Part shown: positions 47,309-59,730 of the stretch, piece by piece
Layout: each line of letters begins with the position of its first letter
Numbering within the stretch: position 1 is the stretch's first letter
Source of the DNA: Frankiaceae bacterium
Lineage (GTDB): Bacteria > Actinomycetota > Actinomycetes > JAFAQI01
NCBI GenBank assembly: GCA_025929365.1
Contig: JAICMG010000001.1
Span: 1,214 to 65,213, forward strand
Length of the DNA: 64,000 bases
Direction of reading: 5' to 3'
The notes under the pieces: generated by a model
Seen by the model: only the letters and a program-made list of their open reading frames with translations
Databases searched by the model: none
Told to the model about the DNA's origin: nothing
Program-made: the position numbers and the translations under genes

Positions 47309-48742
47309 CTAGGTGGGCAGCCGGTCCGCGCGCAACTGCGACCTGCGGACTTTTGCCGTGTCGTCCCGCAGTGGATGGTCGACCCGCTCGAAGCTGCGCG
47401 GCACCTTGTACTTCGTGAGCCGTTCGCTGCACCACGCTCGCAGGTCGTCGTCACTCACCTCGCCGCCAAGCTCGACGATGGCGTGCAGCCGGTTGCCGAG
47501 GTCATCATCCGGTAGCCCGATGACGCACGACGACAGGACTGACGGATGCTCGTCGAGCGCTGCCTCGACCTCGGCGGGATACACGTTGCTGCCCCCGACC
47601 AGGACCATGTCGGTCATCCGGTCGTTGAGATAGAGATAGCCGTCGGCGTCCATCCAGCCGAGGTCGCCGAGCGACTCCCATCCGCCCTCACGAGTCCGCG
47701 CCTCCGCGCCGATGTAGCGGTACGACGGCCCGGCGTTCGACTTCAGCCACACCTCGCCCACCTCGCCGGGCGGTAGGCGATTGCCCTCGGGGTCGCAGAT
47801 CTGCATCTGGCCGATCAGGGGCTTGCCGACCGAGCCGCGGTGCTCCAGCCACTCGACACCGTTGATGAACGTCGCGGCCTGCGCCTCGGTTCCGGCGTAC
47901 AGCTCCATGATCCGTTCCGGGCCGAGCCAGTCGATCCATGCCTGCTTGAGGTACGGCGGACAGGGCGCGGCCATGTGCATCACGGTGTGCACGCTCGACA
48001 GGTCGTAGCGCAGCCGCACCTCGTCGGGCAGCTTCGAGATGCGCGACATCATCGTGGGAACCAGATAGACCCACCCGGCCCGATGCCGCTCGATGTGCTG
48101 CAACGTCGTCTCGGCGTCGAACCGCCCCGGCAGGACGACGTGCCCGCCCGTCGCGAGCGTCGCGGTCGAGGTCAGGAACGGCCCGTTGTGGTGCATCGGT
48201 GCCGTGATCAGCGAGGTGTCCTCGGGCTTGATCCGCATCGCGGCGCCCAGCAACACGAGCCCCTCGACCTCCGCCGGGTTCGTGGCCACGATCAGCTTCG
48301 GTCGCCCGGTCGAGCCGCCGGACATGGGCGCCTTCAGGTTCGGCGCGGTGACGTCGGGAAGCGGATCGCGACCAGCCAGCGGTTCGGGCAGCGTCAACAA
48401 CGAGTCCGCGAGCGGTCCAGCGTCGAAGCCGACCGCGACGGCAGGCTTCGCGAGCTCCAGGACGGCATCCCGCTCGGCCCGCGGCATGCTCGCCGGCAGC
48501 GGCTGCGGAGTGGCACCCACGATCCAGGCCGCGACCGTCGCGATGAGGAACGACGCGTCGCTGGGCAGTCCGATGGACACGAGATCGGCGACGCTGACCC
48601 CGCGGCTCAGGAACTCGTGCGCGAGTGCATCGGCCCGGTCGACGACCTCGCTTCGGGTGAGTGTCCCCGTGGTGTCCGTGACGGCGGGTGCATCGGGCTT
48701 CTCACGGGCGAGGGTTCGAAGCGCTGCCGGAATCGAAGGCAT
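47309..48742 (-). CDS. AMP-dependent synthetase/ligase (acyl-CoA synthetase family)
   Basis: 477 aa. AMP-binding motif region (…APMSGGSTGRPKLIV…), …YAGTEA…, and a C-terminal …GWMDADGYLYLNDRMTDMV… region. Confidence 0.88.
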   Translation of the reverse strand: MPSIPAALRTLAREKPDAPAVTDTTGTLTRSEVVDRADALAHEFLSRGVSVADLVSIGLPSDASFLIATVAAWIVGATPQPLPASMPRAERDAVLELAKPAVAVGFDAGPLADSLLTLPEPLAGRDPLPDVTAPNLKAPMSGGSTGRPKLIVATNPAEVEGLVLLGAAMRIKPEDTSLITAPMHHNGPFLTSTATLATGGHVVLPGRFDAETTLQHIERHRAGWVYLVPTMMSRISKLPDEVRLRYDLSSVHTVMHMAAPCPPYLKQAWIDWLGPERIMELYAGTEAQAATFINGVEWLEHRGSVGKPLIGQMQICDPEGNRLPPGEVGEVWLKSNAGPSYRYIGAEARTREGGWESLGDLGWMDADGYLYLNDRMTDMVLVGGSNVYPAEVEAALDEHPSVLSSCVIGLPDDDLGNRLHAIVELGGEVSDDDLRAWCSERLTKYKVPRSFERVDHPLRDDTAKVRRSQLRADRLPT

Positions 48743-48804
48743 AGGTCAGGTGACCCCCTCGCGCCGCATGCGATCAGTGTGATGGATCCGCGCCCGTCAT
48801 TCGA

Positions 48805-50112
48805 TCAGGACCCGAAGACCTGCTTCGTGTAGGCGTTGCCGAAGACGCGGCCCGGGTCGACGCGGTCACGCACCGACATCGCGTTGTCGAAATGCGGATA
48901 GCGCTGGCGGAGCGCATCCGCGTCCAGCCAGTGCAGCTTGCCCCAGTGCGGGCGCCCGTCAACCTCGGTCGCGATCGCCTCGACGGCCCGGAAGTAGGGC
49001 TCGAAGTCGACCCGGTGCCACTGATGGACCGCGAGGTACCCGCTTGCGCGACCAGACGCCGTCGACAGCCAGATGTCGTCCGCGGCCGCGACGCGCACCT
49101 CGACCGGGAAGGAGACGACGGCACCGCTTCGCTCGATCCACGACCGGACCTCGCGAAAGACGTCGACGAGGTTCTCCCGAGGGACGGCGTACTCCATCTC
49201 CCGGAATCGCACCCGGCGCGGCGACACGAACACGCGGTGCGAGACGTCCGTGAAGGTGCGCGCCGACAGCGCTCGCGCAGAGATGCGGTTGAAGCCGGGG
49301 ATCGCCGTTGGCCGCCGATAGGCGACGCGCTGGACGACCTCGAACACACCGTTCGACAGCAGCTCGTCATCGACCCATTCGCGCCAACCTGGCAGCCGCT
49401 TGCCGGCCTCACCGGGATTCGGGCGGTTGTTGCGTTTCGTCAGTGCGACGTCGGTGTGGGGAAACCAGTAGAACTCGAAGTGCTCGTTGCCGTCGGCGAG
49501 GTCGTCGAAGCTGTCGAGGACCTCGCCGAGCGGCATCGGCTGCTCGACCGCGGTGAGCTGGAACAGCGGATCACACTCGAGCGTCACCGCGGTCACGATC
49601 CCGAAGGCCCCGATCCCGACCCGGGCGGCCTGGAACAGCTCGGGGTCTGATTGCTCTGAGACCTCGGCGACCGAGCCATCGGCCAGCACGAGCTGCAGGC
49701 CCCGGACCTGCGTGGCGATCCCGCCGAGATTGGCGCCGGTGCCGTGCGTGCCGGTCGAGATCGCACCAGCGATCGTCTGGGCGTCGATGTCACCGAGGTT
49801 GCGCATCGACAGGCCGCGCGCTTCGAGCTCGGCGTTCAGGACGTGCAAGGGGGTGCCGGCTCCGACCGTGACGAGTGCCGTCGCCTCGTCGACCGACCGC
49901 ACGCCACTGAGGTGGTCGAGTCGGACCTGGATGTCGTCGGTCACCGCGGCGGCGGTGAAGCTGTGGCCCGCCCCGACAGCCTTCACGGTCCTTCCGTCGT
50001 CAACGGCGCGTTCAACGATGCGCGCGACGGCCTCGACGGTCACGGGCACGGCGACCTCGCGTGGCGTCGAGGACTGGTTGCGCCCCCAGTTGCGCCAGAC
50101 CTCGTGACCCAC
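48805..50112 (-). CDS. FAD-linked oxidase of the L-gulonolactone / D-arabinono-1,4-lactone oxidase family
   Basis: FAD-binding PCMH domain (…VKAVGAGHSFT…) and C-terminal ALO domain with GRPHWGK. GTG at 50112 is preceded by AGGAGGAG. The upstream ~315 codons of the track ORF are antisense to the divergent gene and not coding. Confidence 0.82.
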   Translation of the reverse strand: MGHEVWRNWGRNQSSTPREVAVPVTVEAVARIVERAVDDGRTVKAVGAGHSFTAAAVTDDIQVRLDHLSGVRSVDEATALVTVGAGTPLHVLNAELEARGLSMRNLGDIDAQTIAGAISTGTHGTGANLGGIATQVRGLQLVLADGSVAEVSEQSDPELFQAARVGIGAFGIVTAVTLECDPLFQLTAVEQPMPLGEVLDSFDDLADGNEHFEFYWFPHTDVALTKRNNRPNPGEAGKRLPGWREWVDDELLSNGVFEVVQRVAYRRPTAIPGFNRISARALSARTFTDVSHRVFVSPRRVRFREMEYAVPRENLVDVFREVRSWIERSGAVVSFPVEVRVAAADDIWLSTASGRASGYLAVHQWHRVDFEPYFRAVEAIATEVDGRPHWGKLHWLDADALRQRYPHFDNAMSVRDRVDPGRVFGNAYTKQVFGS

Positions 50113-50143
50113 CGGCGGCCTCCTCCTTCGATACGTTGCGCGG

Positions 50144-51148
50144 GTGCCGCTCGACGAGATCACCACTCCGGGCCTGATCGTCGACTCCGCCGCGCTCGAT
50201 CGCAACCTAGCGACGATGGCGGCGGCTTGGCCCGGCCGGACGCTGCGGCCGCACGTCAAAGCGCACAAGACGACCGGGATCGCGCGGCGCCAGGCCGCCC
50301 TGGGCCACACCGGCTTCACGTGCGCGACGATCCGCGAGGTGGAGGTCATGGCGGCCGCCGGCCTGGGAGAAGACCTCCTCCTCGCCAACGAGGTGGTGGA
50401 CATGCGACGGCTCGGTACGGTCGCCGCGTCCGGTGCTCGCGTGACGGTGGCCGTCGACTCGGAAGCGACCGTGGCCGCCGCCGTCAGCGGCGGCGTGCGC
50501 GAGGTGCTGATCGACGTGAACGTCGGCCTGCCGCGCTGTGGCTGCCCACCCGAACGGGCCGGCGGCCTGGCAGAGCAGGCGCGCGCCGCCGGCCTCGTCG
50601 TTCGCGGCGTCATGGGGTACGAGGGACATCTGATGCACGAGCCGGACGCCGAGCAGCGGCGCCGGCAAGCTGCCGAGTCGATGGCGCTGCTCGCCCGCGC
50701 CCACGCGGACGTCGGCGGGGACGTCGTATCCGGCGGCGGGACCGGCACGTGGACCGCGAACACCGGCGTGACCGAGCTGCAGGCGGGGTCGTACGCCCTC
50801 ATGGACACGACGTACCGCGGTTTGACCGACCTTCCGTTCGAACCGGCGCTGACCGTCCTCGCGACGGTCATCTCGGTCGGCGATGGCTGGGCCGTCGCCG
50901 ATGCCGGGCTGAAGGCCTTCGGCATGGACGAGGGCAATCCAAGGCTGCCCGGGTACCTGATCTGGTACTGCTCGGACGAGCACGTCGTCTTCTCCGCCGA
51001 GGACGGCCACGAGCTTCCCGCCGTCGGCGACCGGGTGCGCCTCGAGCCGGCACACATCGACCCGACCTGCGCACTTCACGAGCGGATGTACGTCGTCGAC
51101 GGCGACGCGATCGTCGAGGTATGGCCGATCGACATGCGCGGATGGTGA
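50144..51148 (+). CDS. alanine-racemase-N-domain / D-serine-dehydratase-like (DSD1/YhfX family) PLP enzyme
   Basis: Sequence includes …TLRPHVKAHKTTGIARRQ… (PLP-lysine context HVKAHK) and a C-terminal beta-domain. 334 aa. Confidence 0.75.
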   Translation: MPLDEITTPGLIVDSAALDRNLATMAAAWPGRTLRPHVKAHKTTGIARRQAALGHTGFTCATIREVEVMAAAGLGEDLLLANEVVDMRRLGTVAASGARVTVAVDSEATVAAAVSGGVREVLIDVNVGLPRCGCPPERAGGLAEQARAAGLVVRGVMGYEGHLMHEPDAEQRRRQAAESMALLARAHADVGGDVVSGGGTGTWTANTGVTELQAGSYALMDTTYRGLTDLPFEPALTVLATVISVGDGWAVADAGLKAFGMDEGNPRLPGYLIWYCSDEHVVFSAEDGHELPAVGDRVRLEPAHIDPTCALHERMYVVDGDAIVEVWPIDMRGW

Positions 51149-51173
51149 TCAAAATGGGCGGGGTGGAGGACGT

Positions 51174-51560
51174 ATGACGGAGGACGCATCCCAGAAGATC
51201 GACGCACGGATCGCCGAGTACGACGACTGGCGCGGCAAGACGCTCGCCAAGGTGCGCAAGGCCATCCACGCGGCAGACCCCGACGTCGTCGAGGAATGGA
51301 AGTGGGCCAGCGCGAACAAGCCGGGCACTCCGGTCTGGTCTCACGGCGGGATCATCTGCACGGGTGAGGTCTACAAGAGCGTCGTCAAGCTGACCTTCGC
51401 CAAGGGGGCCTCCCTCGCGGACCCGCGCGGCCTGTTCAACTCGAGTCTGGACGGCAACACCCGTCGCGCCATCGACATCGCCGAGTCCGACAAGATCGAC
51501 GAGACCGCGCTCAAAGCGCTCGTTCGCGAAGCGGTCGCCCTCAACCTGAAGAAGAAGTAG
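51174..51560 (+). CDS. DUF1801 (YdhG-like) domain protein
   Basis: 128 aa, …WRGKTLAKVRKAIHAADPDVVEEWKW…GIICTGEVYKSVVKLTFAKGASL…. Confidence 0.65.
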   Translation: MTEDASQKIDARIAEYDDWRGKTLAKVRKAIHAADPDVVEEWKWASANKPGTPVWSHGGIICTGEVYKSVVKLTFAKGASLADPRGLFNSSLDGNTRRAIDIAESDKIDETALKALVREAVALNLKKK

Positions 51561-51607
51561 CCGGAGTTCGCCGGTCAGTCTTGCGATCCACAGGGTCGCC
51601 GGTATAG

Positions 51608-51630
51608 ATATTGAGACGCAGTCTCAATAT
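51608..51630. promoter_or_regulatory. Fur box: perfect palindrome ATATTGAGAC-GCA-GTCTCAATAT
   Basis: 10-3-10 perfect inverted repeat located 28 nt upstream of the furA TTG start. Classic autoregulatory FurA operator position upstream of furA-katG. Confidence 0.8.
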
Positions 51631-51657
51631 CGATCTCACGACCTGGTGGTGTAACGG

Positions 51658-54268
<2,611 letters not shown>

Positions 54269-54325
54269 CCCTGCCGACCCGGTAACCCAAGGAGGACGGC
54301 GAGGACCGCCGCCGAATCTTGTTCT

Positions 54326-55867
54326 ATGCGTCCTCGCCGTTCTCTTGGCTTGCTCACGGCTGCCCTCGCGGCTGCCGCCGCACTGACACCCGCCGTGGCA
54401 GGTGCCGCCTCGAAGGGCGTCACCACGACCAACGGCTGCGTCGTCAGCGTCCCGGATCCGGGCAGCACGGCGGCAGTCAAGATCTGCTACTCGCTGTTCC
54501 GGCCGGCAATCGCCTCGCCGGCGCACCGGGTACCGCTGATCTTCCACAGCCACGGCTGGGGCGGATCCCGCGTCACGAGCCCCACCGACTCGCAGGTCAA
54601 GCCGTTCCTCGACGCGGGCTACGGCGTGCTGTCCTACGACCAGCGCGGATTCGGGCAAAGCGGCGGTAAGGCCTACGTCGAGAACCCGGACGTCGAGGGT
54701 CACGACATCGAAAAGCTGGTCGCCCTGGTGAGCCGGCTTAGCTGGGTCGTCCAGGACGCTCCCGGCGACCCACGGCTCGGTGCCATCGGCGGCTCGTACG
54801 GCGGCGGGTACCAGTTCCTCGGCGCGTTCAAGGAGATCGCCGATCAGCACAAGCAGGTCTTCGACGCCCTCGCTCCGCAGATCACGTGGTTCGACTTGAA
54901 GCAGTCACTGGCGCCGTCGGGCGTCGCGAAGACCGAATGGTCGACCTTGCTGACCGCCGCTGGTGCGTCGTCACTTCCGCAACCGGTGCTCGAAGGGTTT
55001 GCCGAGTCGGCGGCGACCGGCACCTGGACCGACGGCAGCATTCCGGGGACGGCAAACCTCGACGCGTTCTTCGCCAAGAACGGTCCGTCCTGGCAGGTCT
55101 CGCAGGGCCGTCACATCAACGTCCCGGTGCTGTTCGGCCAGGGCATCACCGATGAGCTGTTCCCCCTCGACCAGGGTCTGAAGAACTGGGCCAACGCGCT
55201 GACTCCGCGCGCCCGCCGGCAGAGCATCTTCGTCGGCTACAACGGCGGTCACGTGCTTCCCAACGCGTTCCCCCAGACGATCCAGCCGAGCGGCGACCCG
55301 TGCAGCGCCGAACTGACCCACGGCAAGGACTTCACGGCACTCACCGTTGCGTTCTTCAACCGCTACCTCAAGCACGAGCGGGTCCATCTGCCGGGGCTCG
55401 ACGAGTTCCACCTCGCGACCGCCAACGGCACCTGTACGACGACTCGATCCGTCACACCCAACCGGACCTTCAGCGTCGGGACCGTTGCGACCCCCGAGCT
55501 CGCCGGACCCCCGCTCGCCTCGAAGATCGCCGACGGCCCGCTGCGGATCGCCGGCATGCCGTACCTCTCCGGAGACGTCACCGCGCTTGGCGTGAACAAT
55601 CGCGCGTTCTACGCCCTCGCGGTGGGCACCAACCCGATCGACGCGAAACTCGTCCAGGGCGACATGTACCCGTGGAGCTCACTCACCCCGGTCAGCAGCA
55701 CCGCGGCTCGCGTGGAGCTGCCATCCGTCGCGGTGAACGTGCCGCAGGGACAGTCGCTCTACATCGTCGCCGCGGCAACCAATGACATGTATGCCGGCTT
55801 CGGCAGTCGCACGCCGGGTGCCGTGATCTTCCAGAACGCAAAGGTGAGCCTGCCGGTCATCCGGTAG
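54326..55867 (+). CDS. secreted alpha/beta hydrolase of the CocE/NonD / X-Pro dipeptidyl-peptidase (S15) type
   Basis: Signal peptide. Nucleophile elbow GGSYGGG. Sequence includes …LIFHSHGWGGS…. 513 aa with a C-terminal beta-sandwich-like region. Confidence 0.7.
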   Translation: MRPRRSLGLLTAALAAAAALTPAVAGAASKGVTTTNGCVVSVPDPGSTAAVKICYSLFRPAIASPAHRVPLIFHSHGWGGSRVTSPTDSQVKPFLDAGYGVLSYDQRGFGQSGGKAYVENPDVEGHDIEKLVALVSRLSWVVQDAPGDPRLGAIGGSYGGGYQFLGAFKEIADQHKQVFDALAPQITWFDLKQSLAPSGVAKTEWSTLLTAAGASSLPQPVLEGFAESAATGTWTDGSIPGTANLDAFFAKNGPSWQVSQGRHINVPVLFGQGITDELFPLDQGLKNWANALTPRARRQSIFVGYNGGHVLPNAFPQTIQPSGDPCSAELTHGKDFTALTVAFFNRYLKHERVHLPGLDEFHLATANGTCTTTRSVTPNRTFSVGTVATPELAGPPLASKIADGPLRIAGMPYLSGDVTALGVNNRAFYALAVGTNPIDAKLVQGDMYPWSSLTPVSSTAARVELPSVAVNVPQGQSLYIVAAATNDMYAGFGSRTPGAVIFQNAKVSLPVIR

Positions 55868-55927
55868 GTCACCTGGCTTCATCTGTTCGATGACCTCAGT
55901 GCCCGTTCGCTCGGGGAGGATGATCAC

Positions 55928-57421
55928 GTGACGGTGGATCGAAGAGCCCTGCTCAAGGGTGCTGCTGTCGCCTCCGGTGCCGTGCTGCTCGGTCAGCACG
56001 CCACCGGTACGGCGGCCGCCAAGCCATTCCTCAACTACGGCCCCATCTCGCGCGAAAAGACGGCGCGCATCGTCGGGCGATCCCCCGTCGAGCACGTCGT
56101 CGTCGTGATGATGGAGAACCGCAGCTTCGACCACTTCATGGGCTGGCTGCCCGGGGCCAACGGGATCGGCATCGACCCGGACGGCGCGGTCGTCGACCAT
56201 CGCCGATACGAGTCCTTCCGCTTCCGCGACCGGGCCGGGAAGAAGCACGGCATCTACCGCACCGAGGCGCTCAACGCCTGCGGCGAGGCCGACCAGGACC
56301 ACGGCTACTCGGGCGGCCGGATCCAGTGGAACAACGGCAAGATGAACGGCTTCGTGCTCGACCCCGAGAACACGACGTACTCACTCAGCTACTACGCATC
56401 GACAGCGCGGCAGTTCAGCAGCCCGCTCGCCATGAACTACACGACCTGCGACAACTACTTCTGCTCCTACCTCGGCCCGACCTGGCCGAACCGCTTCTTC
56501 CAGCACGCCGCGCAGACCGACCGGCAGAACAACGACGTGCATCCGGATGGATCCAAGCTGCCGGTCGAGCCATCCGCGACGGCCACGATCTGGGACCAGC
56601 TCAACCAGTCCGGCGGCCCGACCGGCCGCTACTACTTCAGCGACCTGCCGTTCCTCGGCCTGTGGGGGCCCAAGCACCTTCCCAACTCGGCGCCGTACGC
56701 GCAGTTCCTGGTCGACGCGGCGGCCGGCAACCTGCCCAACTTCAGCATGGTGGACCCTCGCTTCGAGGACGAAGGCAGCGGTACGTCGGGCGACGACCAT
56801 CCCCTCGCCGACCTTCGCGCGGGTGACGCCTTCCTCTCCGAGGTCGTGCACGCCGTCACGAACAGCCCGCAGTGGTCGACGACGCTGTTGGTCATCAACT
56901 ACGACGAGTGGGGCGGCTTCTTCGACCACGTCGCGCCGCCACGAGTGGCGCCGGGCAACCAGACGCTCGACACGCAGGACGTCATCCGGGATCGCAGGAC
57001 GGGCCGGATCACCAAGGTGCTCGCCGGCTTCCGGGTGCCGTGCATCCTCGTCTCGCCGTGGACGGCGGGCAGCCCGAACCGGCCACGGATCAGCTCCTAC
57101 GCCTACGACCACGCCTCCGTGTTGCGCTTCGCCGAGTGGAACTGGGGGCTGCACGCGATCACACCCCGCGACGCGTCCATCCCGTTCACCGGAGCGTCGA
57201 AGAAGTCGCTGACCAACTTGCGTTACGCCCTCGACTTCGCCAATCCGCGCACGAAGGTGCCCGACCTGAAAGAGCTGTCGCCGTTCGTCGCGACCGGCTG
57301 CGACCTTCCGGTCGGCCCGACCGGAGGCATCAGCGTCGGCGGCGACGCCGGCTCGGTCGAGTCCACCCGTACCGAGTGGGATGAACTGAAACAGTCAGGT
57401 CTCCTCGCGGGCTGGCTGTAG
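55928..57421 (+). CDS. Tat-secreted phospholipase C / phosphoesterase family protein
   Basis: Twin-arginine signal VDRRALLKGAAVASGAVLL. Phosphoesterase motifs VVVMMENRSFDHFMG, …NYTTCDNYFCSY…, …HPLADLRAGDAFLSEVV…. Strong GGGGAGGA ribosome-binding site before the GTG. Confidence 0.88.
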   Translation: MTVDRRALLKGAAVASGAVLLGQHATGTAAAKPFLNYGPISREKTARIVGRSPVEHVVVVMMENRSFDHFMGWLPGANGIGIDPDGAVVDHRRYESFRFRDRAGKKHGIYRTEALNACGEADQDHGYSGGRIQWNNGKMNGFVLDPENTTYSLSYYASTARQFSSPLAMNYTTCDNYFCSYLGPTWPNRFFQHAAQTDRQNNDVHPDGSKLPVEPSATATIWDQLNQSGGPTGRYYFSDLPFLGLWGPKHLPNSAPYAQFLVDAAAGNLPNFSMVDPRFEDEGSGTSGDDHPLADLRAGDAFLSEVVHAVTNSPQWSTTLLVINYDEWGGFFDHVAPPRVAPGNQTLDTQDVIRDRRTGRITKVLAGFRVPCILVSPWTAGSPNRPRISSYAYDHASVLRFAEWNWGLHAITPRDASIPFTGASKKSLTNLRYALDFANPRTKVPDLKELSPFVATGCDLPVGPTGGISVGGDAGSVESTRTEWDELKQSGLLAGWL

Positions 57422-58312
57422 CGACCCGCGCACCAGCTCGACGATCGCGTCCCGTGCCGGTCTGCCTTCGGGAATCGGCAGGATCGGAAAGTCGTGCGGC
57501 AGCCGCGGACCTTCGTGCACCCGCAGCGTCGCGCCGTCGCGCTCCGCTGCCGCGACGATCGGCGGGACGTCGGCGTACAGGACGTCATGAGTCCCGATGA
57601 ACAGGTCGATCGGCGCCAGACCGGTCATCTTGCCGAACAGCGGGCTGACTCGCGGGTCCTTCGGGTCGAGGCCGCCCGCGTAGAGACCGCCGCAGTAGCG
57701 AAGTCCTGCCACGCTCAGCATGACGTCGCGCGGCTCGATCTCCATCGCGGCGGGCTCGCTCAGCGACACGTCCAGCCACGGGCTGATCAGCACGATTCTT
57801 GATGGTTGCCTGCCGCGATCGCGCAGCTGTTGAGCGACTGCCAACGCCATGCCGCCGCCGGCGCTGTCCCCCATGAGAGTGACGTTGCCCGATCCCCTCT
57901 CCTCGAGGAGATCCTCCACGAGGTCGGCCATCGCGGCGACCGTGCGGTCAGCTCCCGCCTCGGGGGCCAGCTCGTAGATCGGGACGGTGAAGCCGGCCGG
58001 AGTCGCCCGTGCCATCTCGCTGATGAAGCGCCAGTGGACCGGCGTGATCTCGAAGGTGTAGGACCCGCCGTGCAGGTAGCAGACGTGCTTAGCGGGTTGG
58101 GTGCCACGTGGTGCCACGTCGTAGACGACCACACCGTCGGACTCACGGGAAGTGACGTCGAGGTGTCGGGCCACTCGTGACGGCGGCCCGGCAGGCGCCG
58201 GCTTGGCCCTCGCCTTCTCGATCCGCGCCTGCATGAGCTCGGGCGAACCTGACGGCCGGAGCCGGCGAACGGTACGCAATGCGACCTCGGTGGCGCGCAG
58301 CTGCCAGCTCAT
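57395..58312 (-). CDS. alpha/beta hydrolase, esterase/lipase (HSL-like)
   Basis: HGGSY oxyanion motif and GDSAGG nucleophile elbow. Start uncertain (58312 or 58375). Confidence 0.82.
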   Translation of the reverse strand: MSWQLRATEVALRTVRRLRPSGSPELMQARIEKARAKPAPAGPPSRVARHLDVTSRESDGVVVYDVAPRGTQPAKHVCYLHGGSYTFEITPVHWRFISEMARATPAGFTVPIYELAPEAGADRTVAAMADLVEDLLEERGSGNVTLMGDSAGGGMALAVAQQLRDRGRQPSRIVLISPWLDVSLSEPAAMEIEPRDVMLSVAGLRYCGGLYAGGLDPKDPRVSPLFGKMTGLAPIDLFIGTHDVLYADVPPIVAAAERDGATLRVHEGPRLPHDFPILPIPEGRPARDAIVELVRGSLQPAREET

Positions 58313-58380
58313 CCCATCCCCTGGTCGCGGAGTCGTGGCGACCAGCATGTCGCACGCCATCGCACCTAAGATCACCGACC

Positions 58381-59418
58381 GTGACCACTACGGCAGGCGG
58401 ACGCGCAGAAGCATGGCGACAGCGTGGCTCGTACTTCTCCTGGGCGCCCGCTGACGGGTCAGCTCCAGCGGTCGACGTCTTTCACGTCGAGGGTGGCGAC
58501 CCAGCCAACCCGACCGTGCTGCTCGTGCACGGCTTCCCGACGTGCAGTGTCGACTGGTTCGATCTCGGAATCCTGCTCAGCCAGCACTTCCATGTTTGCG
58601 CGCTGGACTTCCCGGGCTACGGGTTCTCGAGCAAGCCGGCCGGGTGGGGCTACAGCCTCGCCCGCGACGCCAGCCTGCTCGATCACTACCTCGCCGAAGT
58701 GCTGGGCAAGGAGTCGGCGATTGTCATCGCGCATGACCGCGGCACGAGTGTGTCCTTGCTTCACACCATCAACGCGGCCGCGGGCAACACGAAGGCGAAG
58801 GTCGACCACCTGGTCCTGACCAACGGCAACATCTTCCTGCCGCTGTCGAACCTCACCGACTTCCAGCGGATGGCGCTCGATCCCGCGACCTGGCCGACCG
58901 TGAAGGAGATCATGACGCCGGCGATGCTGGCCGTCGGCATGGGGATGCTCACGTTCTCGCCGCCGCGCGCAGCCGGCGATCCCGAGGTGGACGCGCTCGA
59001 CGCGACCTTTGCGCACAACGACGGCGTTCAAGTGATCAACGAGACGATCCAGTACCTCGTCGAGCGCGCAGAGCACGAGACCGACTGGCTCGAAGCCCTC
59101 GGCACGCTCGACACACCGACCTCGGTGATCTGGGGAATGAACGACCCGGTCTCTCCGCCACGGGTGGCGCTGCACGCGTGGGACGACTTCCTGATGTTCA
59201 AGCCCGGCCGCAACCGGATCTACCTCGTGCCGGACGCGAACCACTACATCCAGAACGACCGGCCGGATGCCTTGGCCGCTGCCGTCGTGCACTCCCTCGA
59301 TCCGGACAGCGGTGCTGCGCCAGGGCCGATCACGCAAGAACCCGGCGCGCCCGTGCTCGTCGACAGCTCACGGAATCGCATGCCGAAGAGCACCGAGGTT
59401 CTGGCGGGGACGCTGTAG
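58381..59418 (+). CDS. alpha/beta-fold hydrolase
   Basis: Sequence includes …VLLVHGFP…FDLGILL…, …IAHDRGTSV…, …IWGMNDPV…, …ANHYIQNDRP…. The first in-frame GTG is at 58381. Start is uncertain. Confidence 0.75.
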   Translation: MTTTAGGRAEAWRQRGSYFSWAPADGSAPAVDVFHVEGGDPANPTVLLVHGFPTCSVDWFDLGILLSQHFHVCALDFPGYGFSSKPAGWGYSLARDASLLDHYLAEVLGKESAIVIAHDRGTSVSLLHTINAAAGNTKAKVDHLVLTNGNIFLPLSNLTDFQRMALDPATWPTVKEIMTPAMLAVGMGMLTFSPPRAAGDPEVDALDATFAHNDGVQVINETIQYLVERAEHETDWLEALGTLDTPTSVIWGMNDPVSPPRVALHAWDDFLMFKPGRNRIYLVPDANHYIQNDRPDALAAAVVHSLDPDSGAAPGPITQEPGAPVLVDSSRNRMPKSTEVLAGTL

Positions 59419-59477
59419 CCAAAGTCCATCCGGCGCAAGAGCACATGAACCATGCGAGATCCGGCGCTCTCGATCGC

Positions 59478-59605
59478 ATGTGACATAGGTGTCGTGATAG
59501 GCCGCCCCTATGTCACATGCGTGTCGTGATTCACCGCCCCTATGTCACATGCGTGTCGCGATTCACGACACCGATGTCACATACGTGCCGCTACACGGCA
59601 ACGGA
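59478..59605. repeat. array of four phased 32-bp degenerate direct repeats, each beginning ATGT(C/G)ACAT
   Basis: Unit starts at 59478, 59510, 59542 and 59574, an exact 32-bp period. Units 1 and 2 are 28/32 identical (ATGTCACATGCGTGTCG(T/C)GATTCAC…). Unit 2 contains a GTGTCG-N7-CGACAC hairpin. Lies in the convergent gap between a hydrolase gene and the PQQ-propeller gene. AT content is raised. Confidence 0.8.
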
Positions 59606-59730
59606 TAGTTCCAGCTCTGAGCAGGCGAGTCGGCGCGATCGTGTGCGGTCGCCCACCTCGCCGACACCTACGGAGGTTGTCTGACTCCCGCGGCTTGTTT
59701 GGCCCCCTACGTTGGGCTCGGCGTACGAAC

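Noticed and set aside
48805-51057. 750-aa minus-strand ORF
   Set aside because: Only the 3' 435 codons (FAD-linked oxidase) are real. The 5' 315 codons are antisense to the alanine-racemase-like gene.
59478-59605. CRISPR array
   Set aside because: The repeats are directly abutting 32-bp units with no unique spacers of ~30 bp, and there are no cas genes in the window.
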